Below, piece after piece: positions 17,801-26,660 of a stretch of 35,359 nucleotides of DNA (position 1 is its first letter; the number at the start of each line of letters is the position of its first letter). The notes below the pieces were generated by a model. It was given only the letters and a program-made list of their open reading frames with translations. It had not been told where the DNA came from and did not search any database. Position numbers and translations under genes: made by a program. The stretch is taken from assembly GCA_016839445.1 (NCBI GenBank), contig JAEOUG010000063.1:1-35359 (forward strand). The letters run 5' to 3'. The stretch comes from Candidatus Thorarchaeota archaeon (GTDB lineage Archaea > Asgardarchaeota > Thorarchaeia > Thorarchaeales > Thorarchaeaceae).

Positions 17801-18411
17801 TGCTGGGGATTGTTTGTGATCTCGGCTTGATTCTGAACAGACACGTAACTGGTTCCGCTGTCGTCATACGCAACGCGCTGCACCTGGTCATCGTCTGTAC
17901 TTGTGCTAGTTGCCGACCAGCCGAGAGGATAGCTCTCCAATGTGCCATTGGGACTTATGGTAGTGCCAGGAATCCCTTCATTAAAGGTTCCATTGATAAC
18001 ATATAGGCGCTGAAGATCCCAAACAGACAAGTCAAGCTCGCTGGCGACCCAATCATTGCTGCTGTCGATTGTGAGGCTATTTGAAGTACTCACCATCGTA
18101 TCGGTCCGGGCAGACACGTTGCCTGTGCTTGTGAATCCAGTCTGTTCAACGCTTGTAGGATCCATGAGTCCAGAGAGGAGTGGAGGCGTTGGGGAATCAG
18201 CGGCGAGTGCCTGTCCTCCGCTCATCGAAATGGGCACTGCCCCCTGAAGACCTGTGTCATCAATTGATCCTCCAGAAACCATCACGAACTCGGGGCAAGT
18301 CTGGAATCCCGTAGACAAGATACTGAGCGCAGGGTAGAACAGAGCCGCGGCTAGTATGACAATGCATCCTATAGGTAGCAGACTTGTCTTCCTGCCGCTC
18401 ATTTCCTGCAT
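14887..18411 (-). CDS. Giant single-pass membrane protein (1174 aa) with cytoplasmic longin-like domain; paralog B
   Basis: Shares VEQTG..SARTDT, RLYV.NGT..GIPG, GWW..T.D.PNYA, GEW....W.NG.E.A and NWW.A..DT with paralog A; TM IGLILAVAGAVVVG, then LLGFIVLHRLSGVPVYSKILKGGFEEGMLSAFITAIMHFREE. Confidence 0.85.
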   Translation of the reverse strand: MQEMSGRKTSLLPIGCIVILAAALFYPALSILSTGFQTCPEFVMVSGGSIDDTGLQGAVPISMSGGQALAADSPTPPLLSGLMDPTSVEQTGFTSTGNVSARTDTMVSTSNSLTIDSSNDWVASELDLSVWDLQRLYVINGTFNEGIPGTTISPNGTLESYPLGWSATSTSTDDDQVQRVAYDDSGTSYVSVQNQAEITNNPQHIYTHYAGTTVLWNQTLDISPYTENFLLRFSYLYLQGPIGVGFPGTCSIHVFLNQTSVWSVNLPSLSGRGIWFDSGDIPVNIALASGRFDFQIGLVIDSTMVLDGDDDYNGDSVPDGIINAEAVTVYFDDVSLIGSSLPACEDVGLTLNVDGSSVAIVGSSGSGTSSFVNDSYWSYSLSFSLSADSAVSFDYSARLRHHRFLNSSGTTNINDDGVSYVIETEESARLEVYTYLGFLGVYDDLIIRIYHPHDWQNATVYDPFLSNVTSFCSVEADYLEVSNDVLDRLGWWKATFDSPNYASGIDVERYDAVTPGWIEDTVFHTNDSIRGVANISSWSEVPFISDPVLFTWFMPNCTAWGLTEISTSPVESPSLVFGSSNTTAGEWCITYFWTNGSEIAYGMGGFALHHSAILDTLFGSVFETVVGQPVTVVVTLYDSVTGRFIIDGGAEVVGNWSHSDIHFTANLVANWWQADFDTVDVGAGDFTVVITSAAAYYETDPIFVTIRSQFLTDLDAPTGPLLPLTYSREYTFDFFYAMSLNGTGIPGAEVTLSEEGAQWASVEDVGTGEYRLSVTPLGIRDYSIRLTFWKEGYEEQSFVLNFLVERVRVHVSLVGALIGTEELPFTVRVNVTESDTGLPIENATVTLGVYPQVGAPLEVLNMTEGEPGIYSASIQMPRAETGNFEIRVSVEKENYELEETFSASLLPTVNGPRRLWESMVTYSTDIGLILAVAGAVVVGRRSYIKRKKARNAAAMEFKRRFDDANNLLGFIVLHRLSGVPVYSKILKGGFEEGMLSAFITAIMHFREEIEAGTDAGEYAVMPVSDIIRTVATKNLICAFITVTSPSMEQERKMKEFARAVAMMLDEGLAERPARVVDQKTAKTFEWMFDEFMDGALVKAYKLGETSLPKRLRCIEKATPQISENGSFRLVHLLRMLMDCGYGESEAYLLVQEAVDAEHVVPARDFDNSIHFSDV

Positions 18412-18508
18412 CCTCGAGTTTCAATCTGGAAGGAACTGCCTGTATTGGAATTCTCATGAGTGAAGTAGGAAATATAACGTTACTTTGGGTGTGCTCAACT
18501 ATGCTGCC

Positions 18509-19321
18509 CTATTCACCGTTGGTGACAACTCGGCCTTGGGCGATGACATCGTGCTTGTGGATACTCTCGAGCGACCTCGCTTCTGCAAACATCTCCAAGT
18601 TCCTGTCGGCAAACCTCTCTCTTGCATGTTGCAGAATATTCCTGCAGACATCCTCAACGAGAAGGGGGTTATCGTGCATGGCCTTCGTGACGTGGACCTC
18701 ATCTTCGAGCTTGAGTAATGAATAGGTCTTGCTTGAGAACGAGCTCTCAACGACCTCGATCATAGCTCCGTAATTGGGAATGTCCATCGTGCCACCCTTC
18801 ACGCGAAGAGAGCCGATTGCTCTCTGTATGTGTGTGAGCCCTTCGTTGTTGGCCATACAGTGCGGACACACGGTATTGCCTATGACCCGCACCTCGACCT
18901 CGTGTATGAAGGGTCTGCCCTCTTCCTTGATCGTCGAGGCGCTGACATCACAGACCTCCCATGTGCGCTTCTTGGATACTGGAGTCTTACTGGTGTAGCC
19001 AAACTCGAAGTCGAACTTGATTTCGCCTCTCTTGAAATCATGCTTCTCAGACAGGCCATCTAGGACCTTGATCTGGACCTCTTCAAGAGATGAGTGAACC
19101 CTGAATTGGTCGCTGAGCTCTTCAGTCATGCTCTCGACAAGCCGTGACATGTGGACTCCCTTCAGATCCGCTGGCAGATCAATGGTAATCTCAACCTCAG
19201 GGAGGATATGGTGGCGGACACCACTCCGCTCAGTGACAATGAAGGTCTTGAGATTCTTGACTCCCACTTTGCTGAGCTGAATCCTGTGTTTTGGACGTTC
19301 GTTCTGAGTATCAATGACCAA
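18509..19321 (-). CDS. mptA: GTP cyclohydrolase, FolE2/MptA family
   Basis: DTQ...VGV, KGVHMSRL, TVCPHC, HIQR, LLK..DE, NPLLVEDVCR, ESIHKHD. Confidence 0.9.
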   Translation of the reverse strand: MVIDTQNERPKHRIQLSKVGVKNLKTFIVTERSGVRHHILPEVEITIDLPADLKGVHMSRLVESMTEELSDQFRVHSSLEEVQIKVLDGLSEKHDFKRGEIKFDFEFGYTSKTPVSKKRTWEVCDVSASTIKEEGRPFIHEVEVRVIGNTVCPHCMANNEGLTHIQRAIGSLRVKGGTMDIPNYGAMIEVVESSFSSKTYSLLKLEDEVHVTKAMHDNPLLVEDVCRNILQHARERFADRNLEMFAEARSLESIHKHDVIAQGRVVTNGE

Positions 19322-19354
19322 TTCAAAGCGCCTCTCGTGGTGTCATGGAAATCA

Positions 19355-19804
19355 CTATGCCTCGAAGCATCCGGTTGCTCCAGTGCTCTCTTCAACGCAG
19401 ACACGAATCTTGTAGTCGCCGGACAGAGACAAACGGTCATGAACGTACTTGGCCAGAAGCTCTGCAGTGGTGGCCTTCGTAGGCACAATCACACAGTCGA
19501 TTTCAGGGAAGACATACTTCTTGTCTCCAACATTCACCTCTGTGAAGCCATCTGATGTCTTGAGGGAGATGCTGTCTGAATTGCTAGGGAGTATCACTTT
19601 GTGATCCAGGGTCTCGCACAGCTCAATCGCCATGCGCTTGACTTGGCGGAAGTCAATGACCATACCGTCCTGATTCAGTGGACCAGTGATGTGAATGCTG
19701 AGCATGTAGTTGTGACCATGAAGGTTCTCGACGTCGCCCTCGCTCCGCACGAAGTGTGACGCACTGAAGTGCATCCGTTGGTCCTTTACATGTACGCTGT
19801 ACAA
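19355..19804 (-). CDS. 6-pyruvoyl-tetrahydropterin synthase family (COG0720), PTPS-III-type motif
   Basis: FSASHF, ENLHGHNY, GMVIDF, LDHK, TTAELLA, VEES; the catalytic Cys is replaced by E-x2-HGH. Confidence 0.88.
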   Translation of the reverse strand: MYSVHVKDQRMHFSASHFVRSEGDVENLHGHNYMLSIHITGPLNQDGMVIDFRQVKRMAIELCETLDHKVILPSNSDSISLKTSDGFTEVNVGDKKYVFPEIDCVIVPTKATTAELLAKYVHDRLSLSGDYKIRVCVEESTGATGCFEA

Positions 19805-19868
19805 CGACTTGCCTCCAAGGGTACGAACGGCAATCAGTTCCTATTGCATGTAAAAGTGTCGGAAGGCC

Positions 19869-21623
19869 TCAATTCAGTCCTCTGAATCTCTCGAAGGCCT
19901 CAATGAGGTCATCGACGCTGGTCGCCTGTGTTGGGTCCTTGTCTTCACGCCACCTGCCTGTGAATCGGGGGAATCTGATGGCCAGCCCGCCATCTTTGAG
20001 CACACGCTTCGCTGCGGGATGTGTTGGACTCAGTGTTATCTCGTCACCTATGACCTCGATGACTTCAACCGGTTCGAACCACACATCAGCCTCAATGTCC
20101 GACTCCACCTTGGCGCTCATGTGTTCTATCCGATGCGGCTCCAGGCGCTCCTTGAACTCAGCAAGCATCTCTTCCGTGAAGCCAGTTCCAATCTTGCAGA
20201 CCGTGGGGTATGAGTTGCTCTGAGGGTCATAGGCCGATGCCAGGATTGCCCCATAGAGCCCTGTCCTCTTTCCTCTGCCGTGAATCGCACCAACAACCAC
20301 GAGGTCCATGGAGTCAGCCATTCCCTCGGTGTATGAAGCCTTCAGCTTGATCCAGAGCCAGCTCCTCGCGCCAGCCTGATAGGTCGACTCGGAGTGAACA
20401 GCTTTGGCAATAACGCCTTCCTGACCTGCCGCAAGCGCACCCTCGAATATCTCTTGAAGGCGTTCTTCGTCATCAGTGAGTTCCGCGGTTGTCAGATGAA
20501 CTCTCTCCTCTGCTCTTACAATAGCCTCCAGCAGAGCTCGCCTCTCGAGGAGGGGCTTTGATGTAACATCCTCTCCGTTGAGATAGAGAAGGTCGAAGAA
20601 GAACAGAGCGATAGGCACATCCTCCATTACCGCCTCGATTTCCGTCTTGCGCCGTCGACGCATGAGATCCTGAAATGGTCTGACTGAGCCAGTCTCAGGA
20701 TCAATTGCTACACATTCACCCTCCATCACACAGGATTGCGCATCTACATTTGACTTGACGTATTCCACAACGTCTGGATACTGGGACGTGATGATCTCTT
20801 GCCTTCTAGAGTACAAGATGATCTCATCCCCATTCTTGTGGACCTGAACCCGCTCCCCATCGTACTTGTATTCGACAAGAGCCTGTCCACCAGCCTTTTC
20901 CAGTATTTCTCTTGGCGAAGAGAGCTTCTTTGCCGCCATCATTCTGATTGGCGTGCCGACCTCTGCCTTGATGGACTCCACAGCAGCAAGTCCACTTTGA
21001 GCAAGAACAGAAGAGACATGTCGTAAGTCACTGCATACATTGTAGGCGTTCTCTATGATGGGCCGCGAATCCTTTGTCCCAGTGAATGCTGCGGCGAGAG
21101 AGTCCATGATTCCCATATCGCCGAGGCCTAACCGAAGAGATCCTGTGACAGTCCGGAGAATGTACCTTGATTCAAGAGGTTCTGCGTCAGTCAGAAGGCC
21201 GACGAGCTTCGAGACCTTCTCCTTGGTGCTTCCTGGCCCAGAGGCACGTGCGGTCTCCACGAGCGTGTCAAAGACTCTGCCTATCGTCAAATCCTCCGAG
21301 AAGAGGGACTCCTGAGTGCTACCCCCGAGCAGAACCTCTGCAGTACTCCCGATGTCTCCAGTTCGCCTCAGTTGCTCTTTGACATCCTTCTCATCCACTG
21401 AGGCAGCTACGACGATGACCTGGATTGCCATGCTCTCCGCGATGCCAATCTCCGGCTCACCCTTCCAATCCGGGAAGAGCTTTCCCATGGTCAGACCAAC
21501 AATGAGATCCACCTCCGGTTTGTCAGCCTTCTCAAGCAATTCTGCGAAGATTCGGGTCTTCTCAAGTGACCCTGAGGTGGACTCAATTGCCTCGTAGGCC
21601 TTTGCCAGAGCTTCGTAGAGCAT
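19869..21623 (-). CDS. lig: ATP-dependent DNA ligase
   Basis: EYKYDGERVQ, EGECV, FFFDLL, EGVIAK, WIKLK, IRFPRF. ATG 21623 (MLYEALA) is preferred over the track start at 21656. Confidence 0.95.
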   Translation of the reverse strand: MLYEALAKAYEAIESTSGSLEKTRIFAELLEKADKPEVDLIVGLTMGKLFPDWKGEPEIGIAESMAIQVIVVAASVDEKDVKEQLRRTGDIGSTAEVLLGGSTQESLFSEDLTIGRVFDTLVETARASGPGSTKEKVSKLVGLLTDAEPLESRYILRTVTGSLRLGLGDMGIMDSLAAAFTGTKDSRPIIENAYNVCSDLRHVSSVLAQSGLAAVESIKAEVGTPIRMMAAKKLSSPREILEKAGGQALVEYKYDGERVQVHKNGDEIILYSRRQEIITSQYPDVVEYVKSNVDAQSCVMEGECVAIDPETGSVRPFQDLMRRRRKTEIEAVMEDVPIALFFFDLLYLNGEDVTSKPLLERRALLEAIVRAEERVHLTTAELTDDEERLQEIFEGALAAGQEGVIAKAVHSESTYQAGARSWLWIKLKASYTEGMADSMDLVVVGAIHGRGKRTGLYGAILASAYDPQSNSYPTVCKIGTGFTEEMLAEFKERLEPHRIEHMSAKVESDIEADVWFEPVEVIEVIGDEITLSPTHPAAKRVLKDGGLAIRFPRFTGRWREDKDPTQATSVDDLIEAFERFRGLN

Positions 21624-21657
21624 CTCCAAGCCACCGGATATTGAGGCGCACCACATC

Positions 21658-21667
21658 GTTTATAAAC
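21658..21667. promoter_or_regulatory. Palindromic TATA box (GTTTATAAAC) between divergent lig and rps17e
   Basis: Reads TTTATAAA on both strands, 34 and 44 nt from the two start codons. Confidence 0.6.
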
Positions 21668-21711
21668 ACAGTCTAGAGGTTCGCTGCAGTCAACTTGACT
21701 GGTGAGTACTA

Positions 21712-21957
21712 TTGGGTAGTGTAAGACCGAGCTACATCAAGAACGCAGCAAAGAATCTGATTGCGCTCTACCCGGATACCTTTACAGATGATTTTGAGTC
21801 CAACAAGAGGTTGGTGGAGCAGCTCACTGATGTCAAGGCCAAGAAGGTCAGGAACAGAATCGCAGGTTACCTCGTACGGCTTATCAGAATAGACGTGGCC
21901 AAGGAAGCCCACGAAGCCGATGAGGGCGGCGAAGAAGTCGATGACATGGAAATGTAG
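21712..21957 (+). CDS. rps17e: 30S ribosomal protein S17e (eS17)
   Basis: MGSVRPSYIK...FTDDFESNK...KKVRNRIAGYL; TTG start after GGTGA. Confidence 0.95.
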   Translation: MGSVRPSYIKNAAKNLIALYPDTFTDDFESNKRLVEQLTDVKAKKVRNRIAGYLVRLIRIDVAKEAHEADEGGEEVDDMEM

Positions 21958-22023
21958 AGAGAAACTACACGCGGTTCTTTGTCTAGCGCCTCACTCATAA
22001 GGCAGTATTCCGGATGACTCAGT

Positions 22024-23061
22024 ATGGTCAAGTCGGAGAACCGGGTTTATCACGGCGACTGCCTTAGAGTGATAGAAGACCTCTGCAAGGACATTCGTGG
22101 AAAGGTCAAGCTCATCTACATTGATCCCCCATTTCTATCACAGACCGATTACACACTGAAAGACAAGTCGAGAGGAGACGCAGCTGGAGCAGGGAACCTC
22201 ACGGAGACTCCAACTTACAGCGACAAGTGGAATGGCGGAAGACAGGAGTATCTAGCGTTCATTAGAGAGCGGCTTGAAGCCATGAGGCCTCTCTTGACTG
22301 AGGATGGAAGCCTTTGGGTCCACCTTGATTGGCACGTTTCCCACTACGTGAGAGTCCTTCTTGACGAGGTGTTTGGCTCCGATGGATTCATGAACGAAAT
22401 CATTTGGCGACGAACGAACAGCCCTAAGGCACAGAGCAAGGCCTTCGGGGCACAGCATGATGTCATCCTGCTATACGCAAAGAACCCTGCTCTTTTCGCG
22501 ATCAACCGAGTCTATCGTGAGCATGATGCCAAGTCTCTGAAGCCATATGCCTACGAGGACGAGAAGGGGAAGTTCCGACTCATAGAGATAGAAGCTCAGG
22601 GAATCCAGAGGACAGAGACCAGGAAGCAGTTTGAGTGGAGAGGTAGGACTGCCCCCTATCTCTATAGAGAAGAGACGTTGGAGGCTTGGTGGCGACAGGG
22701 GCGCATCTATCGCAGCAAGAACGGCCGCTACAGCAAGAAGCAGTATCTGAAAGACACACCGGGCATACCGGTCTCCGATCTCTGGTTCGATATTCATCCT
22801 GTCCAAGGCTCGTCATCCGAGTACACAGGATTCCTTACGCAGAAGCCAACGGCACTCCTCAGAAGAATCATTCAGGCAGGTTCAGACCCCGGCGATTTAG
22901 TAGCTGACTTCTTCGCTGGTTCCGGAACGACTGCCATTGCAGCCGAGTCCTGTGACCGAGGATGGATTCTATGTGACATATCCGATGCGGCGATAGAAAC
23001 TATCAGAGGGCGCCTGAACACCGAAGCGGGGGTAGAGAGTATCGACATCTGGTCTGTTTGA
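22024..23061 (+). CDS. N6/N4 DNA methyltransferase, beta class (Mod-like)
   Basis: LIYIDPPF (motif IV) precedes TQKP..LL.RII and DFFAGSGTT (motif I). Confidence 0.9.
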   Translation: MVKSENRVYHGDCLRVIEDLCKDIRGKVKLIYIDPPFLSQTDYTLKDKSRGDAAGAGNLTETPTYSDKWNGGRQEYLAFIRERLEAMRPLLTEDGSLWVHLDWHVSHYVRVLLDEVFGSDGFMNEIIWRRTNSPKAQSKAFGAQHDVILLYAKNPALFAINRVYREHDAKSLKPYAYEDEKGKFRLIEIEAQGIQRTETRKQFEWRGRTAPYLYREETLEAWWRQGRIYRSKNGRYSKKQYLKDTPGIPVSDLWFDIHPVQGSSSEYTGFLTQKPTALLRRIIQAGSDPGDLVADFFAGSGTTAIAAESCDRGWILCDISDAAIETIRGRLNTEAGVESIDIWSV

Positions 23062-23083
23062 CGAAAAGAAGGATCTAGTGAGA

Positions 23084-24145
23084 TCAGTCCATCCAGATAG
23101 GCTCTCTCGCCCCTTCTGTAGCATACTCAATCTCCTTCATAGCCCTCTTGTCCCATTGTCTGATTATGAAGTAGGTAACGAAGCCAAACACGACTGCAGC
23201 CAATGGCACAAAGCCCAACACAGTGAGATAAAGAACGTAGATGAAACCTATGGCGATGGCTCCCAGGGCATAGACGAAAATCCCTGAGAAGATGGAGATC
23301 AATGCAACTCCAATCCTGCGGCCACTTCTCTTCCGTTTTTCCCACTCAAGCACACCCCAGAGCACAGCCCGTGTTTCGTCAGAGTCGAGTTCTCTTCCTC
23401 GCTCAACCTGAAGCTTAGCCACCTGCGGGTGCATTCCGTAGAGCTCATTGACAATCTCAAAGGCAGCGTCGTGTCGCCAGAAGGCTCCCCTTATCATGAA
23501 GCCGATGACTGGGAAGATGATGATCATTGCCCCAGAGAAGACCACTGCGTACAGCCAGCCGAAGAAGCCCCAATAGAGGCTGTCGAGTAGTGGGTAGGCA
23601 AACATCTCGAGGAACACGTTGATTCCACAGAATACCAGAATGGAACCAAGAAGATCCCAGACCCACCTGCTTCTCGGCATGCGAAGCATGTGATATGCAA
23701 GCAAGACCTCACCGCTCGCTGACATCTCAACCATGGACTGGACCATGGGCGTCGAGACTACAACTGCATTGAATCTGAGATTGAACGTGGACACTATGAA
23801 GGGATCCGGACTGTTTCGTTCCCAAAGCTCGATAGATACCGGGACAACAGCTCTCTGATTCACTCTCTCCTCCATCTGAAGAAGCTCTGGGGCAGTCACT
23901 GGAGCATCGAGCCTTAGTCTCTCGATCTCAAGGAAGATGAGATGAACGGCAAGCGCCATCGGGACTGCTATTGCCAGGTGCAGCACAACTGGAAGCGCCT
24001 TGGCGAGAGAGAAGAGGAGAGTGGAGGCAACCACCGAAGAAATGAACACTACGATGTAAAGAAGCGTCCTTGACGTGATAGGCAGTCTAGTCCCAAACCA
24101 ACGAACGTATCTATGCGACCAGCTAGACATCCTCCAATCACGCAA
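23084..24145 (-). CDS. Multi-pass membrane protein, possibly a degenerate M48/HtpX-like fold
   Basis: 2 TM helices, a soluble segment (FNAVVVSTPMV...EVLLAYHMLRM), then 4 more TM helices; no HEXXH motif. Confidence 0.7.
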   Translation of the reverse strand: MRDWRMSSWSHRYVRWFGTRLPITSRTLLYIVVFISSVVASTLLFSLAKALPVVLHLAIAVPMALAVHLIFLEIERLRLDAPVTAPELLQMEERVNQRAVVPVSIELWERNSPDPFIVSTFNLRFNAVVVSTPMVQSMVEMSASGEVLLAYHMLRMPRSRWVWDLLGSILVFCGINVFLEMFAYPLLDSLYWGFFGWLYAVVFSGAMIIIFPVIGFMIRGAFWRHDAAFEIVNELYGMHPQVAKLQVERGRELDSDETRAVLWGVLEWEKRKRSGRRIGVALISIFSGIFVYALGAIAIGFIYVLYLTVLGFVPLAAVVFGFVTYFIIRQWDKRAMKEIEYATEGAREPIWMD

Positions 24146-24195
24146 GATACAATGAGTTCGCCAAGTTACTTAACTCATTCGAACACGGGTCTGTG

Positions 24196-24927
24196 TCACA
24201 GCTCTTTGATCTTGCGAATTGCGCCGCCCGGGGCCACACCCTTTGGACAGGCCTTCACGCAGTTCATTACCAGATCGCATAGAGGTGCGCCGTTCTGGCT
24301 TGTGGCAGATTCGGTGTACCTTTGAGGATTGACGGTGCGTGAGTCTTCGTGGAATCTCCACGCCTTGGCCAAAGCGGCGGGCCCTACATAGTCACCGTTC
24401 TCAGCGTTCACCGGGCATGAACCGAAGCAGATTGCGCAGAGGATACAGTTGACAAGTCTATCTATACGGGAACGCTCCTCTGGAGTCTGCAGTCCGGGCG
24501 ACCCACCTTCCACGGGATCGGCCCAGAGGTGCATTGACTCAAGCGCATTGTAGAATGTGCTCATGTCCACGACAAGGTCCTTCAAGATTGGGAGGTTTGG
24601 CAGCGGCTCGACAAGGATTTCCGAGTCTGGATTCCAGCCCCGAGGACTGCTCTCAAGTGCAGGGAAGGACCTGAGATTCAGACCACCCCCTCCAACACTC
24701 TCAAGCTGAGTCCTGCATGCCAATCGAGGCTCGCCGTTGATGAGCATTGCACAGCTACCACAGACTGCCCCCCTACAGGAGTACCGGAACGAGAGCGAGG
24801 GATCCATCCGGTCCTGAATCTGGAAGAGCGCATCGAGCACGGTCATTCCTTTCTTCGATTCGATCTTGTACAGATCATAGTGAGATATCTCACCGCCATC
24901 TCGGCTTCTGGCGATTCTTAGCATCAT
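24196..24927 (-). CDS. sdhB: Succinate dehydrogenase/fumarate reductase Fe-S subunit
   Basis: SCRGAVCGSC...LAC, CILCAICFGSCP, CDLVMNCVKACP. Confidence 0.93.
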   Translation of the reverse strand: MMLRIARSRDGGEISHYDLYKIESKKGMTVLDALFQIQDRMDPSLSFRYSCRGAVCGSCAMLINGEPRLACRTQLESVGGGGLNLRSFPALESSPRGWNPDSEILVEPLPNLPILKDLVVDMSTFYNALESMHLWADPVEGGSPGLQTPEERSRIDRLVNCILCAICFGSCPVNAENGDYVGPAALAKAWRFHEDSRTVNPQRYTESATSQNGAPLCDLVMNCVKACPKGVAPGGAIRKIKEL

Positions 24928-26618
24928 CAGTACTTCCGCTCCTTCACTTCAAACCGACCAAGACTCACTTCGACATACTCGGTCTTTATCCAGTCATCCA
25001 CGAGCGTGAACAGAGAGTGTTTCAGGAAGCCGCTATCATCGCGTTTTGGATAGTCAGTGCGCCAATGTGCACCTCTGCTCTCTCTCCTCATCAGAGCGCC
25101 CATCGCAATCACCTCGGCGAGAAGAAGCATGTTCTCAAGCTCCAGAGCACGGATCAGCGCAAAGTTGAACAGCCTCTGTCCGTGACCAACAGCGACCTCA
25201 TGGAAACGGCTCCTCAGAACTCGAATCCGTCGCAACGCTTCTTCGAGCTCGGTCTGGACTCGGTACACTCCTACTAGCCGATCCATTGTACGCCCCATAT
25301 CCTCACGAATGCGAGCAACAGACTCACCGGATTCATTGAGCAGAAGCTTTTGAAGACGTTCTCTCACACTGAACTCCTCATCTTCAACGCAGGTCGTATC
25401 AGGAGCCTCAGCGTCGACAAGGTATTCTGAGACCTTCTGTCCCACAATCTGACCGAACACTAGGGTCTCCAGTAGAGAGTTGCCGCCAAGTCGATTCGCT
25501 CCGTGGACACTCATGCAGGAGTTCTCACCCACTGCATACAACCCAGGGAGTGGAGTCTCGCCGTGCTTGTTGCTGTGGATACCTCCCATGCTGTAGTGCT
25601 GTCCGGGCTGAATCGGAATCGGTTCATCAACAGGATCTGTGTTCGCGAAGTGCATACTGATCTCTCGGATTCCTGGAAGGCGTTTGAGGATCTTCTCCTT
25701 ACCAAGATGCCTGAGGTCTAGGTGTACATACTCACCATCGAATCCTCTGCCTTCGTTGATTTCCGTCTGTATTGCCCGGGCAACAATGTCACGTGGTGCC
25801 AGTTCCATCTTGTCTGGGGCGTATTTGTCCATGAACCGCTGGCCCTCTGAGTTCACCAGGTAGCCACCCTCGCCTCTCGCACCCTCAGTGATGAGGATGC
25901 TGGACCCGTAGAGGGTTGTCGGATGGAACTGAATGAACTCCATGTCCTTCAATGGAACCCCGACGCGCATGGCAAGGGCACAACCGTCACCGGTGTTAAT
26001 GAGCGCGTTCGTCGAACGGGCATAGACTCTCCCGAAGCCGCCAGTAGCTAGTACCACTGCTCTTGCCACAAAACCATGGACCTCTCCTGATGCAATGTCC
26101 AGTGCTGTCAGACCGCAGACTCTACCTTTGCTTCGCACCAGAGATGTCACAAACCACTCGTTGTAGAATGTGATTCCCATCCGAAGGGCTTGCTCGAAGG
26201 TCGTGTGTAGAAGGTTATGACCAGTCCTGTCAGCCGCATAGCATGTTCTTGGGAAAGCCGCCCCTCCAAAGGGCCTTTGAGCGATTCTGCCCTCTGCAGT
26301 TCGGGAGAACGCAGTACCCCACTGCTCGCTCTCGATGACAGCATGCGGGGCTTCTTGTGTGAGGAGGTCCACGGCGTCCTGGTCAGCTAGATAGTCCGAG
26401 CCCTTCACTGTGTCAAATGCGTGAGACTCCCAGGAGTCATCTTCGCCTATCGCAGCGTTGATTCCGCCCTGGGCAGCAACTGAGTGAGACCTGAGGGGGT
26501 GCACCTTAGTTAGTATGGCGACGTCATGCTTGTCGGCGAGTTCAATCGCAGTACGAAGGCCAGCAAGTCCAGCCCCGACGACAAGGACATCATGCTTCTT
26601 GACCGGCAGACAAGTCAC
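24927..26618 (-). CDS. sdhA: Succinate dehydrogenase/fumarate reductase flavoprotein
   Basis: [16 protein letters not shown] (covalent FAD His), [41 protein letters not shown]. Confidence 0.95.
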   Translation of the reverse strand: MTCLPVKKHDVLVVGAGLAGLRTAIELADKHDVAILTKVHPLRSHSVAAQGGINAAIGEDDSWESHAFDTVKGSDYLADQDAVDLLTQEAPHAVIESEQWGTAFSRTAEGRIAQRPFGGAAFPRTCYAADRTGHNLLHTTFEQALRMGITFYNEWFVTSLVRSKGRVCGLTALDIASGEVHGFVARAVVLATGGFGRVYARSTNALINTGDGCALAMRVGVPLKDMEFIQFHPTTLYGSSILITEGARGEGGYLVNSEGQRFMDKYAPDKMELAPRDIVARAIQTEINEGRGFDGEYVHLDLRHLGKEKILKRLPGIREISMHFANTDPVDEPIPIQPGQHYSMGGIHSNKHGETPLPGLYAVGENSCMSVHGANRLGGNSLLETLVFGQIVGQKVSEYLVDAEAPDTTCVEDEEFSVRERLQKLLLNESGESVARIREDMGRTMDRLVGVYRVQTELEEALRRIRVLRSRFHEVAVGHGQRLFNFALIRALELENMLLLAEVIAMGALMRRESRGAHWRTDYPKRDDSGFLKHSLFTLVDDWIKTEYVEVSLGRFEVKERKY

Positions 26619-26660
26619 CTCGATTCGGGCAAGTCTGGGACTCCAGTTATAATCCTACGG

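Noticed and set aside
19355-19804. queD assignment
   Set aside because: The catalytic Cys motif is absent; E-x2-HGH indicates PTPS-III.
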